Shown: in pieces, positions 28,101-40,042 of the stretch
Numbering within the stretch: the first letter of the stretch is position 1
How the letters are laid out: each line of letters opens with the position of its first letter
NCBI GenBank assembly: GCA_965248695.1
Contig: CBDFKD010000002.1
Coordinates: forward strand, 4,000,001-4,064,000
Reading direction: 5' to 3'
Source: Acidobacteriota bacterium
GTDB taxonomy: Bacteria; Acidobacteriota; UBA890; WLXD01
Length of the DNA: 64,000 nt
Program-made: the position numbers and the translations under genes
Notes under the pieces: generated by a model
Told to the model about the DNA's origin: nothing
The model's database searches: none
Seen by the model: the letters and a program-made list of their open reading frames with translations, nothing else

Positions 28101-31100
28101 ATCGATTGCAGGATGACGCTGTCGGCGCTGTCGAGCACGATGCCGTCGCCGGTAGTGCTCTGGATCGTGCCGCCGCTGCCGTTGCGCGCCAGGGTGCCGT
28201 CGCCGCTCACCGTGAAGGTGCCGGACGTGCCCGTGGTGTCGAGCACGATGCCGTTGACGGCGCCGTTCACCGAGATGCTGTCGAACGTCACCCCGGTGGC
28301 GCCGATGGTGGTGTCGGCGATGTTGACGCCGGTCCCGGTCGACGTGTCGATGGTGTTGGTCGCACCGGCGCTGACGTTCACGATGCCACCGTTTGTGGCC
28401 GTGAAGGCAGCATTCGTCGTGGTGTCCAGATCGAGGCCGCCGCTGAAGGTGATGGTGGCGTTGCCGCCCACGTCATTGTTGTCGAGGAAAATGCCCTGAC
28501 CGTTGTCGTCGATGGCGCCGCTGAAGGTGATTGCGCCGCCGCCAGAGTTGGTCACCTCGACGGCGCGGCCCCCAACGGTAGTGCCGATTGTGCCCGCGTA
28601 GCTGAAGTTGCCGTCGTGGTTCTGGATGTCGATGCCTTTGTTGGAGGCGTTGCCGATCGAACCGCCGCCGACGGTGACCGTCCCCGCCCCGGTGTCGTCG
28701 AGATTGGTGCCGAGAGCGGCGCTGGTCGTAGTCACGCTGGCGAGGGTGATGCCGGTGCCGCCGATCGTGGTGTCGGTGATGTTGACCGCGGTGCCGTTCG
28801 TCGTGTTGATCGTGTTGTTGGCGCCGGACACGTTCACGGTGCCGCCGCCGGTGGCGTTGAAGCCGACGCCCGATATGGTGTCGATGTCGAGGCCGCCGCC
28901 GGTGAAGTTGATCGTGTGGCCAGTGTTGTTCGTCAGGTCGACGGCGGTGGTCGTCCCGGTACTTACAGCCTTGGTGGTGCCCCCGAACGTGCTACTGCCG
29001 CCGCTGTTGCTGGTGACGACGATCCCGACCCCGCCGTCGTTGCGCGTGATCGTGCTCGCGGTGTCGAAGTCCACCGAGCCGCCGGCGTCCACACCCTGAG
29101 CGCGAATGACCTCGCTGGTCGGGTTGGTGATGTCGACGTTGTTGAAGTCGGCCGTGCCGGTGATCGAGTCGCCGGCGCCGCCGTCGATGAGCACGCCGTC
29201 GCCCGCGGGGGTCGTGACGGTGACGTCATCGAAGGTGAACGTGCCGGTGGAGGCGCCCGAAATCTCGATACCGTCGTCATCGGGTGAGGCAATCGTCGTG
29301 CCGGCAGCGGTGACCGTGACGCTGCCGGCCACGTCGTTGAGCCGGATGCCGGTGCCGGTATTGGCGCCGGCGCCCGAGTCGCTGAGCGTGGTGCCGTCGA
29401 GGCTCACCGTGCCGCCGGTCGTGCCGACTACCTCGAGCAGACGGCCCGCCGTGTTTGTGATGTTGCCGCTGTAGGTGACGTTGGCGTTGCCACCGTCGAC
29501 GTTGAACGCGGTGCCGGCGGAGCCGGTGATGGTGCCGCCGTTGATCGTCACGGTGCCGGCGGTATCCTTGATCGAGACGCCGGTGCCGGCGGCGGTGGCA
29601 CTGCTCACGGTAGCGAACGTCGCCGCGGCCGTGAACGGGTCCAGGTCGAGCGCCGTGCCGTTCGTGGTGTCGACGGTGCTGTTGGCACCGTTGTTGACGG
29701 TCAACGTGAAGTCGGCCGCCACCAGGCCGCCGCCGCTGTTGTCTACCTCCAGGCCGGTTCCGCCGGTGTTGAAGATGTCCAGGTCGGTGAAGGTCAGCGA
29801 GCCCTTGACGGTGTTGAGGTCGATGCCAGGGCCGGTGAGGCGGTTTCCGGCGTTCGTGCCGACGCTGGTGTTTCCCGCCGCCACGGCCTGGATACCGCCG
29901 CCCGGCGTGGCGTCGAACGTCGCCGTCCCGATGTCGATGCCGCGACCGGTCGAGCCGCCCGGCACGCTGTTGCCGGACAGACTCGTGACCGTCAGCGTGC
30001 CGCTGGCCGCCGTGAAGCTTGCGCCCTGCAGGACGATCCCGGATGCCGCCGCGTTCTGCACCGACAGCTCAGCGTTGTCGATGCTGACCTGCACGTCCGC
30101 GGTCCCGGTCGAGCCTACGAAGATGCCGTGTGGTGGGCCGCCCATGGCACCACCGGCGACGGTGACGTCGCTGATCGTCAGCGTTCGCACGCCGGCGCTG
30201 TACGTGGCGTCGATGCCGGCGTTGAAACCCGCGATGTCGAGGCCGCGGATGGTGTTGTCGCCGGCCAAGTTGATGATCTCCACCCCGTCCCCGGTGCTGC
30301 TGCCTATCTTCGGCTTGTTGCCAGCGGCGTGTAACGTGGGTCCGACCACCCCGTTAACGGTGTCGGGCACCGTCAGCGCCACGCCTTCACCGATCAGCCG
30401 CTGGTTGGCCTTCAGCGCAATGCCGGCGTTCTGACCCGTGGTGGTGCCGTCGCCCTCGTCGACGAAGATCGTGTCGCCGGCCCCGGATGCGGTCTCGGCC
30501 TCCATCAGCGTGTCGAACGGATCGGACGATCTGCCGAGGCCGCCGGGCCGCGGCGGAGTTGTCGACGAACCAGATCTCGTTCTTGCGGGTGAGCGTCACG
30601 GTGACGGGTAGTGTGGTGGTGCCATCGAAGAGGTTGTATTGGAAGGTGTCGGTGGCGTTCGCATCGCCGTCGTCAGGCGTGAAGCTGAACTGCCCGTTGG
30701 ACTCCATCGTCACGCTGCCCGTGTTGGTGGTCGGGCAGTCGGTGAACGGCGCGGTGACGTCGACGCAACCGACGATGCCCGACACCGAGATCGCCCCCTC
30801 GGGGTCGGTGTCGTTGTCGAGCACACCGTTGGTGGAGCCCGTGGCCACGATGATCTCGGGGGCGCCCGTGGTCGCCTTGTCGACCAGCAGCAGCGTGTTG
30901 CCGACGAAGTCGAAGGCGTCGGCCGTGCCCATCGGCGCTTCGTTGACGTTGGTCACCTGCACCGCGATATCCTGCACCCCGGTCAGGGCGCCGCTGTCGG
31001 TGACGGTCACCTGCACGTCGTAGATGTTGTTCATGCCGTTGTCGACGGGCGCCTCGAAGTTCGGGGCAGCGTTGAAGGTGAGCACGCCGGTGTTCACATT

Positions 31101-32681
31101 GAGGCCGAACAACGCCTGGTCGAGGCCGCCTGTCTTGGAGTACGTCAGCCCGCCGCCACCCTCGGTCTCGCCCTCCGGGTCGGTCGATTGGACGTCGACC
31201 GCGCCGGTCTGGTTCTCGGCCACCATCGGGGTAGCCGAGCTGCTGATGGTCGGCGGCTCGTCGACGCCGGTTACCGTCACCTGCAGGTCTTGCACGTCGG
31301 TCAGGGCGCCGGAGTCGGTGACCGTCACTTGCACCTCGTAGATGTTGTTGCCGCCCGCATCCCCGGGGACGTCGAAATCGGGTGCGGCGGCGAACGTCAG
31401 CACCCCGGTATTGGCGTTGATCGCGAACTTCGCCTGGTCGGCGCCGCCGGTAAGCGAATAGGTCAGACCTGCGCCTTCGGCCTCGCCATCCGGATCGGTC
31501 GATTGCACGTCGACGACACCGGTCGTGTTCTCGGCGGTGTTGGCGGCGGCTGCGCTCGTGATGCTCGGGGCGGTGTTGGCTGAAGCGACCGTCACGCGAA
31601 CGGTCCCGGGTTCATTAGAATCGTCGCCCTTGGCGTCGGTTGCCTTGAAGCTGAACTCTGCGACGCCGTCGAAGCCGGCGGCCGGGGTGAACGTCAGGTT
31701 CGGGGCGGTGCCGGTCAACGTACCCTCGGCGGCCGGTGGCGGGGTCACGACCATGAAGGTCAGAGTTGAGGTCTCCCCGGGATCGAGATCGATGCCGGTG
31801 AGCGTAATCGCCTTCGCCGTATTCTCGGGCGTCTCCCTTGCCTGGTCGTTCGCGATAGGGGTGATGTTGACCATGGCCGCGGTCGTGTTCGGGTCCTCGG
31901 TGAAATCGAGCATCACGTCGGCGGCGTCAGAGGTTCCGCCGACGTTACTGATGGTGACGTCATACTGGATCACGTCGCCGACGTCCGCCTTGTTGTCGGC
32001 GTCAGCGTCGGTTTGGAAGCTGTCCCGGGCGCTGGCCGTGACCGCTGGTACCGTTGCCGCTGCGTTCATCTCGATGCGCACTAGCAGGGTGCGCGAGGTG
32101 TCGTAGTCGCCGACACCGATCCGGACTCCGCCTCGCGAGCGATCTCCGTACCAAACCGGAACCTCGACCATCCGCCGGCGGCCGCGACGCTCCCAGGCCT
32201 CGGGCGGTTGCAGGACGGTGCGCGTGGTCCCGCTGACGAAAGACACGGCGCCCCGCGCCAGCGCTGCGCGCGTCGCACGCGGGAAGGCCAGCCGGACCCG
32301 GCCGGGATCGGCGTCCGGGGCGACGATAAACACCGCCTCCAAACGGTCACCGTCGTGGGCAAACACCAGATCGACGCCAGGAAACATGTTGGCGTGCCGG
32401 AGTCCGTCCATTCGCGGGAGCCATTGCGCCGGGTTCGCGCCCACCTCGAAACCCGGATCAGCCCACGGCAGATCCTCGAGGCTCTCCAGGAGAATCAGAT
32501 CGAGTGATGATTTCGATCCGGACGACCGCCCGGAAGCTGTTGCTTCCTGCTGACCAGCCCACGCGGAGCTATGCGGCGAAGTCCGTGAGTGACCGGGTAC
32601 GGCGAACGCGGCGAGCGTCACCACCACGGGAACTATGATCAGCCTGGATCGAAGACGCAAGGACACGGCGATCTTGTGCAA
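25169..32681 (-). CDS. Giant surface adhesin (about 2500 aa when joined): SBBP-associated N-domain, split DUF11, Ig-like, cadherin x2, Ig-like, beta-helix, cadherin x2, BACON; +1 frameshift at ~30546
   Basis: ORFs 30387-32681 and 25169-30505 join as WFVDNSAAA|GGLGRSSDPFDTLMEAE. Cadherin motifs (AENTTGVVDVQSTD, PDFD/PNFE, VTNVNEAP, LDFESTPSFTLTVQADDG), a long G/T/N/D-rich beta-helix, and BACON-like WTATSNAPWI...RSGTVTMAGQTFTVKQ. Confidence 0.85.
25580..26170 (-). repeat. Tandem cadherin-domain duplication (C-terminal pair)
   Basis: Two units sharing PPVFTATGPFS, SITAGNG, SAALDF, TLTV.ADDG; boundaries approximate. Confidence 0.8.
30935..31575 (-). repeat. Tandem cadherin-domain duplication (N-terminal pair)
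   Basis: Two ~105-aa units sharing VDVQSTDP, TGVLTF, NNIY, VQVTVTDSGALT; boundaries approximate. Confidence 0.8.
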
Positions 32682-32756
32682 CGGTGGGCGGATCGGGGGC
32701 TGGACGCCCCAACGAGTAGCTGAACATAGTACGCCACCGGCTGACTGAACGATCCG

Positions 32757-32787
32757 TCTTGACAGAGTCCAGAATTGGGAAGATGCT
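32757..32787 (+). promoter_or_regulatory. furA promoter with putative FurA operator
   Basis: TTGACA at 32759-32764, 17-bp spacer, GATGCT at 32782-32787; inverted repeat TCTTGAC-AGA-GTCCAGA (32757-32773) overlaps the -35. ATG lies 8 nt after the -10 with no SD. Confidence 0.6.
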
Positions 32788-32794
32788 GAGATTC

Positions 32795-33226
32795 ATGACC
32801 GACGACGCCCCAGCCGACTTGCTTCGCAGACACGGAGTCCAAGTCACGGCTCAGCGTCTAGCCGTCTTGCGGGCAGTGTCGACTCAACCGCACGGTACGG
32901 CACACGACGTCGCTGAGGTCGTGCGGGCCGAAATCGGTGTCATCTCGCGCCAGACGGTGTACGACGCCCTCGGCATGCTGGCCGACGAGGGCCTCATCCG
33001 CCGCATTCAGCCCGCAGGGTCGCCTGCCCGCTATGAGGATCGCGTCGACGACAACCACCACCATCTCATCTGCCGCATCTGCGGACGGATGGTCGACGTC
33101 GACTGTGCGGTCGGCGCCACTCCCTGCCTGACCGCCGCCGCCGACTCGGGCTACGAGATCGACGAAGCGGAGGTGGTGTACTGGGGTCGCTGTCCCGAGT
33201 GCATCGAAGAGCAACCAACTATCTGA
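32795..33226 (+). CDS. furA: Fur-family regulator (FurA/CatR-like peroxide sensor)
   Basis: [70 protein letters not shown]; directly upstream of katG. Confidence 0.92.
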   Translation: MTDDAPADLLRRHGVQVTAQRLAVLRAVSTQPHGTAHDVAEVVRAEIGVISRQTVYDALGMLADEGLIRRIQPAGSPARYEDRVDDNHHHLICRICGRMVDVDCAVGATPCLTAAADSGYEIDEAEVVYWGRCPECIEEQPTI

Positions 33227-35440
<2,214 letters not shown>

Positions 35441-35470
35441 TCCGTCTACTGACGCGTCTCGCTTGGGCGC

Positions 35471-36028
35471 GTGTCGCGGATTCGAATAGGTGGCATCGTG
35501 GGAGTGAGGTCTGGCTCGCTTGCGGCTCTGCTCATCGGCGCGGTCGCCGCCGTGCTGTCGGGCGATGCGGGTGCGGCGAATCCCGACATCGAGTCGGGAC
35601 TGCAGGCTTTTCTCGCCGGCGAGATCGAACCGGACGTCGTGTCCATCACGTACTCGGACCTGCACGGCCTCCACGGCGGGCTAGAGCTCACGATCCGGGG
35701 CTCTGGCCGGACCGAGCAGCAGTCCCTGCGGAGCGAGGCCGGTGAGCCCGGCGAGCTGAGCGCCGGCGACGTCCATCGGCTAGTGCAGCTGCTGCTGGAG
35801 CTGCGGGCCTGGGAGCAGCGCACGCCCGACCGACCTGCGGTCCCCGACGAGAGCCGGGCAAGGCTACGGATCCAGGTCGGCGACGGCACCAGCGAGACAT
35901 GGGAGTGGTTCAACGAGATGGAGGCGAACCGGCGGTTGATCCGAGTCCGCGACTTGATGACCGATCTTGCCTGGGTTGACGCGGAAGGGTGGCCAACTGG
36001 TCTCAACTTGTCAGCACCGGGTTACTGA
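35471..36028 (+). CDS. Hypothetical secreted protein
   Basis: Hydrophobic leader (LAALLIGAVAAVLSGDAGA) then a globular domain; start uncertain. Confidence 0.55.
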   Translation: MSRIRIGGIVGVRSGSLAALLIGAVAAVLSGDAGAANPDIESGLQAFLAGEIEPDVVSITYSDLHGLHGGLELTIRGSGRTEQQSLRSEAGEPGELSAGDVHRLVQLLLELRAWEQRTPDRPAVPDESRARLRIQVGDGTSETWEWFNEMEANRRLIRVRDLMTDLAWVDAEGWPTGLNLSAPGY

Positions 36029-36046
36029 GATAAGAGTTCCCAAGTC

Positions 36047-36859
36047 ATGGCTCAAGACGCAGTCAACCCAGCTCCGGCACCCCATAGGCCGCGAAGGCGA
36101 TCGGACCCCGTCTTGCCGATAGCGAGCGCTGCCGCCCTTGCCGCCCTGGGCGCCGTTTCGGCCGGTGCCGCCGGCCAAGCCGACACCCCACAGACCGGCC
36201 TCAGCGTCGAACGCGAGGTCTGCACGTGGCAGAGCGATGGGAAGAGGCTTGGCTGCGGTCCGGAATCCGAGGTCGACATGAAGCCGCCGGCCAGAGGCAT
36301 GCTGATCTATGAGCTCAATCGGTTCCCGAGCTCAGAGCCAACCGTCGAACAGCAAAGGGCTGCCGATGAGCTGCTGGTGAAGACCGTTGCCAGTGCCAAA
36401 TCACATGGCTGGCTGGACTTCCAGCAGGCCATAGCGGATGGCTTCGAGCCTATGCCCGGGGATCGCTCCCACTACATGAACGCCGACTTCATCAACGATG
36501 AGCAGGTGCTTGATCCGCAGCGCCCCGAGTTTCTGATGTATTCCGGCGAAGAGCTGGGCAAGAAACTGGTCGCTCTCATGTTCATCGTGAACAGCCCGGA
36601 GGATGAAGGACCACAGATAGGTGGCCCGCTGACACGCTGGCACTTCCATACCTGGTCACGGGTGCGGTGCTTCAGCGACGGCAGGGCTACGCACGTTCCG
36701 GCCCTCGCCAATGGAACGTGCGCTATCGGTACGCCTTCCTCCCGCGGGCCGCAGATGATGCACGTTTGGCTTCTGGATCATCCAGGCGGTCGGTTCGCGA
36801 CCAGAATGGGCATGCGCAGAGACGTAATGCGGCGGCTCCTCGCCGATCGGGGCTACTGA
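36047..36859 (+). CDS. Hypothetical exported protein with His-containing motifs
   Basis: Signal-like segment; SHY, LDPQRPEFLMY, WHFH and MMHVW motifs; two Cys pairs. Confidence 0.65.
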   Translation: MAQDAVNPAPAPHRPRRRSDPVLPIASAAALAALGAVSAGAAGQADTPQTGLSVEREVCTWQSDGKRLGCGPESEVDMKPPARGMLIYELNRFPSSEPTVEQQRAADELLVKTVASAKSHGWLDFQQAIADGFEPMPGDRSHYMNADFINDEQVLDPQRPEFLMYSGEELGKKLVALMFIVNSPEDEGPQIGGPLTRWHFHTWSRVRCFSDGRATHVPALANGTCAIGTPSSRGPQMMHVWLLDHPGGRFATRMGMRRDVMRRLLADRGY

Positions 36860-36910
36860 GAGCCGCCAGGCACAGACGCAGCCTGCGAGACGCGGCGAGA
36901 TCAGCGGGAA

Positions 36911-37378
36911 CTACTCGCTTTGGTATCGACCCTCGAACATCGGGGTCCAACGTTCGCCGTCGGTCGAGGTCTCCATGCGGGTTCGGATCACGCCCCGCTC
37001 AGAGAGGTCGTGGGTGAGGCGGGCGTGGCCCATCGAGTTGCGGCTCTGAACGGTGAGCACGTCGCCGTCCCATCCACCACGGAAGACTTCGAGACCCATG
37101 CCGATCGAGTCGAACCAGTAGAGCACGCACTCCTTCTCCTGATCGTTCGGATCGACCGTCCAAACGCCGTGGCCGGAGAACGTCGTTTGCCCGTCGCGCT
37201 CCTGCTCGTAGTCCGTGACTACGGCAAACCCTCCGAGCGTCACGCGGGCCGAGTTGCTGCCCTTGGCAACGCCTCCCTTCGGATCCCATTCCGACGGGAA
37301 CATCTGCTCTTCACCGGACCATTGTCCGGCGAGCCGGCCGAGGCTGACGTGGGCGTCTGTGGGCTGGGGCATCTCCAT
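36911..37378 (-). CDS. DUF1579-like beta-barrel protein
   Basis: MEMPQPTDAH..LGRLAGQWSGEE, FSGHGVWT, YWFDSIG, MFEGRY; start ATG 37378. Confidence 0.75.
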   Translation of the reverse strand: MEMPQPTDAHVSLGRLAGQWSGEEQMFPSEWDPKGGVAKGSNSARVTLGGFAVVTDYEQERDGQTTFSGHGVWTVDPNDQEKECVLYWFDSIGMGLEVFRGGWDGDVLTVQSRNSMGHARLTHDLSERGVIRTRMETSTDGERWTPMFEGRYQSE

Positions 37379-37464
37379 CGAAGCTCTCTCCGTTCGGAAG
37401 CGTGAACGTTGGCGGCTTCTCTCGACTGACTGGTGAGAGGAGCAGCTTCGACTAGGGTAGGCGG

Positions 37465-38526
37465 TCAGTCCGTCCGAACCCACACGTCGGGCCACATGTC
37501 GTTGCCGGTGTGGTGGGTCAGGCGCAACGCGGTCTCTGCCTCGGTGCCGATCTCCCAGAGGAAGATCTCGTAGTCGGCGCGGTCGTGCTCGTGCCCGGCG
37601 GCAGTGGCGCCCCAGACGAGCCACCGACCGTGAGGACCGACGCTCGGGAAGTACTCGTGAGCATGGCTCCCGTACAGGTCGATCAGCACTCGTTGATCAG
37701 AACCGTCGGTGGTGGCCTGCATCACCCGGGTGCCTCCCCCGCCGCTGGACTGGATCCACACGACGCCGCCGAGGCCCGGGGCCCATAGACCCTGGCACGA
37801 CTGGTGATTGTCGAGAACGTGCTCCTGAAACCCGGGAAGCTCGAAGATGCGAGTCACGCCGCCGGGAAACGCGGCAGTGATGCGGTCGGCGTCCGGGCTG
37901 ATATAGACCCCGCCGTAACGGATCTTCGGCAGCTCGTCGGGAAAGTCGAACAGCTTCTCGGTCGCCCCCGTCTCCACATCGACCCGGTACCCGGAGCGGT
38001 CGCGCATGTAGTGCACAGCGCGGCCATCGGTGCTCCAACCCGGTCGGTAACCCTCCTCTGCGAGGCGTCGCGCGCCGCCACCCACGGCATCCATGACCCA
38101 GATCTCCCAGCCGCTCGCCTCCCGCACTGACAGGAGGCGGGGACGGCTGCGCATGAAGGCGACGCGCTTGCCGTCGGGCGATATGCGGCCGTAGTAGTCG
38201 ACGTGGGGATGCTCGGTCAGCCGGCGGATCTGTCGCCCTGCAAGGTCCATCCGGTACAGCTCGTGATTGCCGTCGCGGTTGCTCGACCAGACGACAAAGC
38301 CGGTGACGCCTCCGACGAGGTCCTCGGCGTGCTGCTCGATGGAGACGGGTACGGGGAGCTCCTCGCCGCTGGGCGCCGCCACCAGCCGGCCACGGATCAG
38401 CACCGGCAGGTCGGTGAGGCGCGACGCCAGCGCAGCGGGTCCGCCGGCTGCGACCGTCGCCACTGCCATCGCCAGCACCACGACGATTGCAGATCCGACC
38501 CACCAACGACGTCGGCTCATTGCCAT
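37465..38526 (-). CDS. TolB-like/PD40 beta-propeller protein
   Basis: WSSNRDGNHELY, RRLT, ISPDGKRVAF, PGWSTDG, RLTHHTGNDMWPDVW. Confidence 0.82.
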   Translation of the reverse strand: MAMSRRRWWVGSAIVVVLAMAVATVAAGGPAALASRLTDLPVLIRGRLVAAPSGEELPVPVSIEQHAEDLVGGVTGFVVWSSNRDGNHELYRMDLAGRQIRRLTEHPHVDYYGRISPDGKRVAFMRSRPRLLSVREASGWEIWVMDAVGGGARRLAEEGYRPGWSTDGRAVHYMRDRSGYRVDVETGATEKLFDFPDELPKIRYGGVYISPDADRITAAFPGGVTRIFELPGFQEHVLDNHQSCQGLWAPGLGGVVWIQSSGGGGTRVMQATTDGSDQRVLIDLYGSHAHEYFPSVGPHGRWLVWGATAAGHEHDRADYEIFLWEIGTEAETALRLTHHTGNDMWPDVWVRTD

Positions 38527-38692
38527 CTCTCGATTCTACGTTGTTTGGGGGTCGCGGCTCTTGGAGGCAAGACAGCAACAGCTATCGATCGTCAGGCCTC
38601 AAGCGCTATTTGTAATCGAGCGGCACGCGATCGGCTCCAGTCGGGATGGATGCCGACAGCCTCGGTGCCGGCCGCGACGCTGCTCGAGCGGG

Positions 38693-39961
38693 CTATCGCT
38701 GGGCAGCCGCGTTGGCCCGGGCGAATGTGTTCGCCAGCTCACGCGGGAGCGACGAGGCGCGAAGGAACGGACGCACGCCCGCGCCGAGTTCCCTCTCCGT
38801 AGCCAGGCTCTTGGCGAACGAGACGTTAGCCGTGGCCGCGATGGCGATCCCGTGCTCGGGAAGTATCACCAACGAGGTCGTCCCGCCGACCGAGCTGCCT
38901 TCGTGGCCGAACACCGTTGTCGGTTCGGATCCCGGCCCGATCGAGATCTCGCCCACGAACCAGCCGAGCCCGTACCCGGTCGATTCCCCGGACGCGAGCT
39001 CGAGCGCCGTTTGCAGCATCCCGAGCGTCTCGGCGCGCAACAGGCGTGCCTCGAGCATCGCAAGACCGAACCGCACGACGTCGGTCGGAGTAGACAGGAG
39101 TGCGCCCGCTCCCTGGATGCAGGTGTTTTCGGCGTCCTCTCGTATGGCGCTCTCGACGCCGTAGCTCGGATCCCGAGCTGCAGTCGGCCAATAGAAGCTC
39201 GTGCGCTCGGCTACGGGCCCCGGGTCATCGAGGATGGTGTCCCGCATCTCCAGCGGGTCGAGGACCTCGCGTTGCAGGAAGTCGAGAAACGGCTCGCCGG
39301 CGGCGGCTTCGACGACCGCGCCCACCAGCGTCCAGCCGTAGGGCGAGTACCGGTACCGGGTACCGGGCTCGAAGAGCAGCGGATCATCGGCGAAGAGCTG
39401 CAGCCCGTCGAGGGGGGTGTTGCAGTGGCGCCGCATGTAGATCGGCTCCTCGTCGTCGCTGTATTGGCGGACACCGGCGGTGTGTCCCATCAGCTGCCGC
39501 GTGGTGACGGGCCACTCCTTTTCGGGAAAGCTCGGCAGGTAGTTTCGCACCGGCGCGTCGAGATCGAGTAGGCCGCGCTCGTGCAGCAGTCCGGCCGCTG
39601 TGGCGGTCATCGGCATGGCGACGTTCCCAATGCGGAATCGGGTCTTCGGTGTCACCGGTCGCCGCGCGTCGATATCCGCGTAGCCGAAGCCCTCGGCCCA
39701 GACGACCTCTCCCGCCACGCCCACAGCGAGCGACAGGCCGGGCAGGTTCTCCTCGACCATGAGGTCGCGAACGAGAGGGCGTACCCACTCGACCGCATCG
39801 ATGTACATCGGGTCGGGTGGCTCGTCGGTGTGCGACGGTACCGACGAGGGGTCATCGCCGTGAGCGAATGTACAGGAGGCGAGGAGAGGTGTGGCCAGCA
39901 GGAGAATCGTGGCTGGCGGAAGCGAGAGGATGCAGCCGAGGCGAGTTGGCGAGTTCTTCAT
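38693..39961 (-). CDS. Beta-lactamase-fold serine hydrolase homologue lacking the SxxK motif; possible lipoprotein
   Basis: PGLSLAV, WAEGFGYAD, LMGHTAG, LLFEPGTRYRYS, YGLGW; the motif position reads RIGNVAMP; lipobox-like LASC. Confidence 0.85.
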   Translation of the reverse strand: MKNSPTRLGCILSLPPATILLLATPLLASCTFAHGDDPSSVPSHTDEPPDPMYIDAVEWVRPLVRDLMVEENLPGLSLAVGVAGEVVWAEGFGYADIDARRPVTPKTRFRIGNVAMPMTATAAGLLHERGLLDLDAPVRNYLPSFPEKEWPVTTRQLMGHTAGVRQYSDDEEPIYMRRHCNTPLDGLQLFADDPLLFEPGTRYRYSPYGWTLVGAVVEAAAGEPFLDFLQREVLDPLEMRDTILDDPGPVAERTSFYWPTAARDPSYGVESAIREDAENTCIQGAGALLSTPTDVVRFGLAMLEARLLRAETLGMLQTALELASGESTGYGLGWFVGEISIGPGSEPTTVFGHEGSSVGGTTSLVILPEHGIAIAATANVSFAKSLATERELGAGVRPFLRASSLPRELANTFARANAAAQR

Positions 39962-40042
39962 GCAATGAACTTTGTCATTCAAAGTTAACGGCGTCAAGCA
40001 GAATCTCGGAACCGAAGGAAACCACGCGGCGGCTCGCCCAGG

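Noticed and set aside
25773-30434. Long plus-strand ORFs opposite the adhesin (and similar antisense ORFs opposite katG, the VPS10 gene and others)
   Set aside because: Shadow ORFs expected from high-GC codon bias; no motifs or RBS.
30544-30550. Phase variation or programmed frameshifting of the adhesin
   Set aside because: The run is only 3 G, with no slippery heptamer or SSR; a sequencing error or point indel is more plausible.
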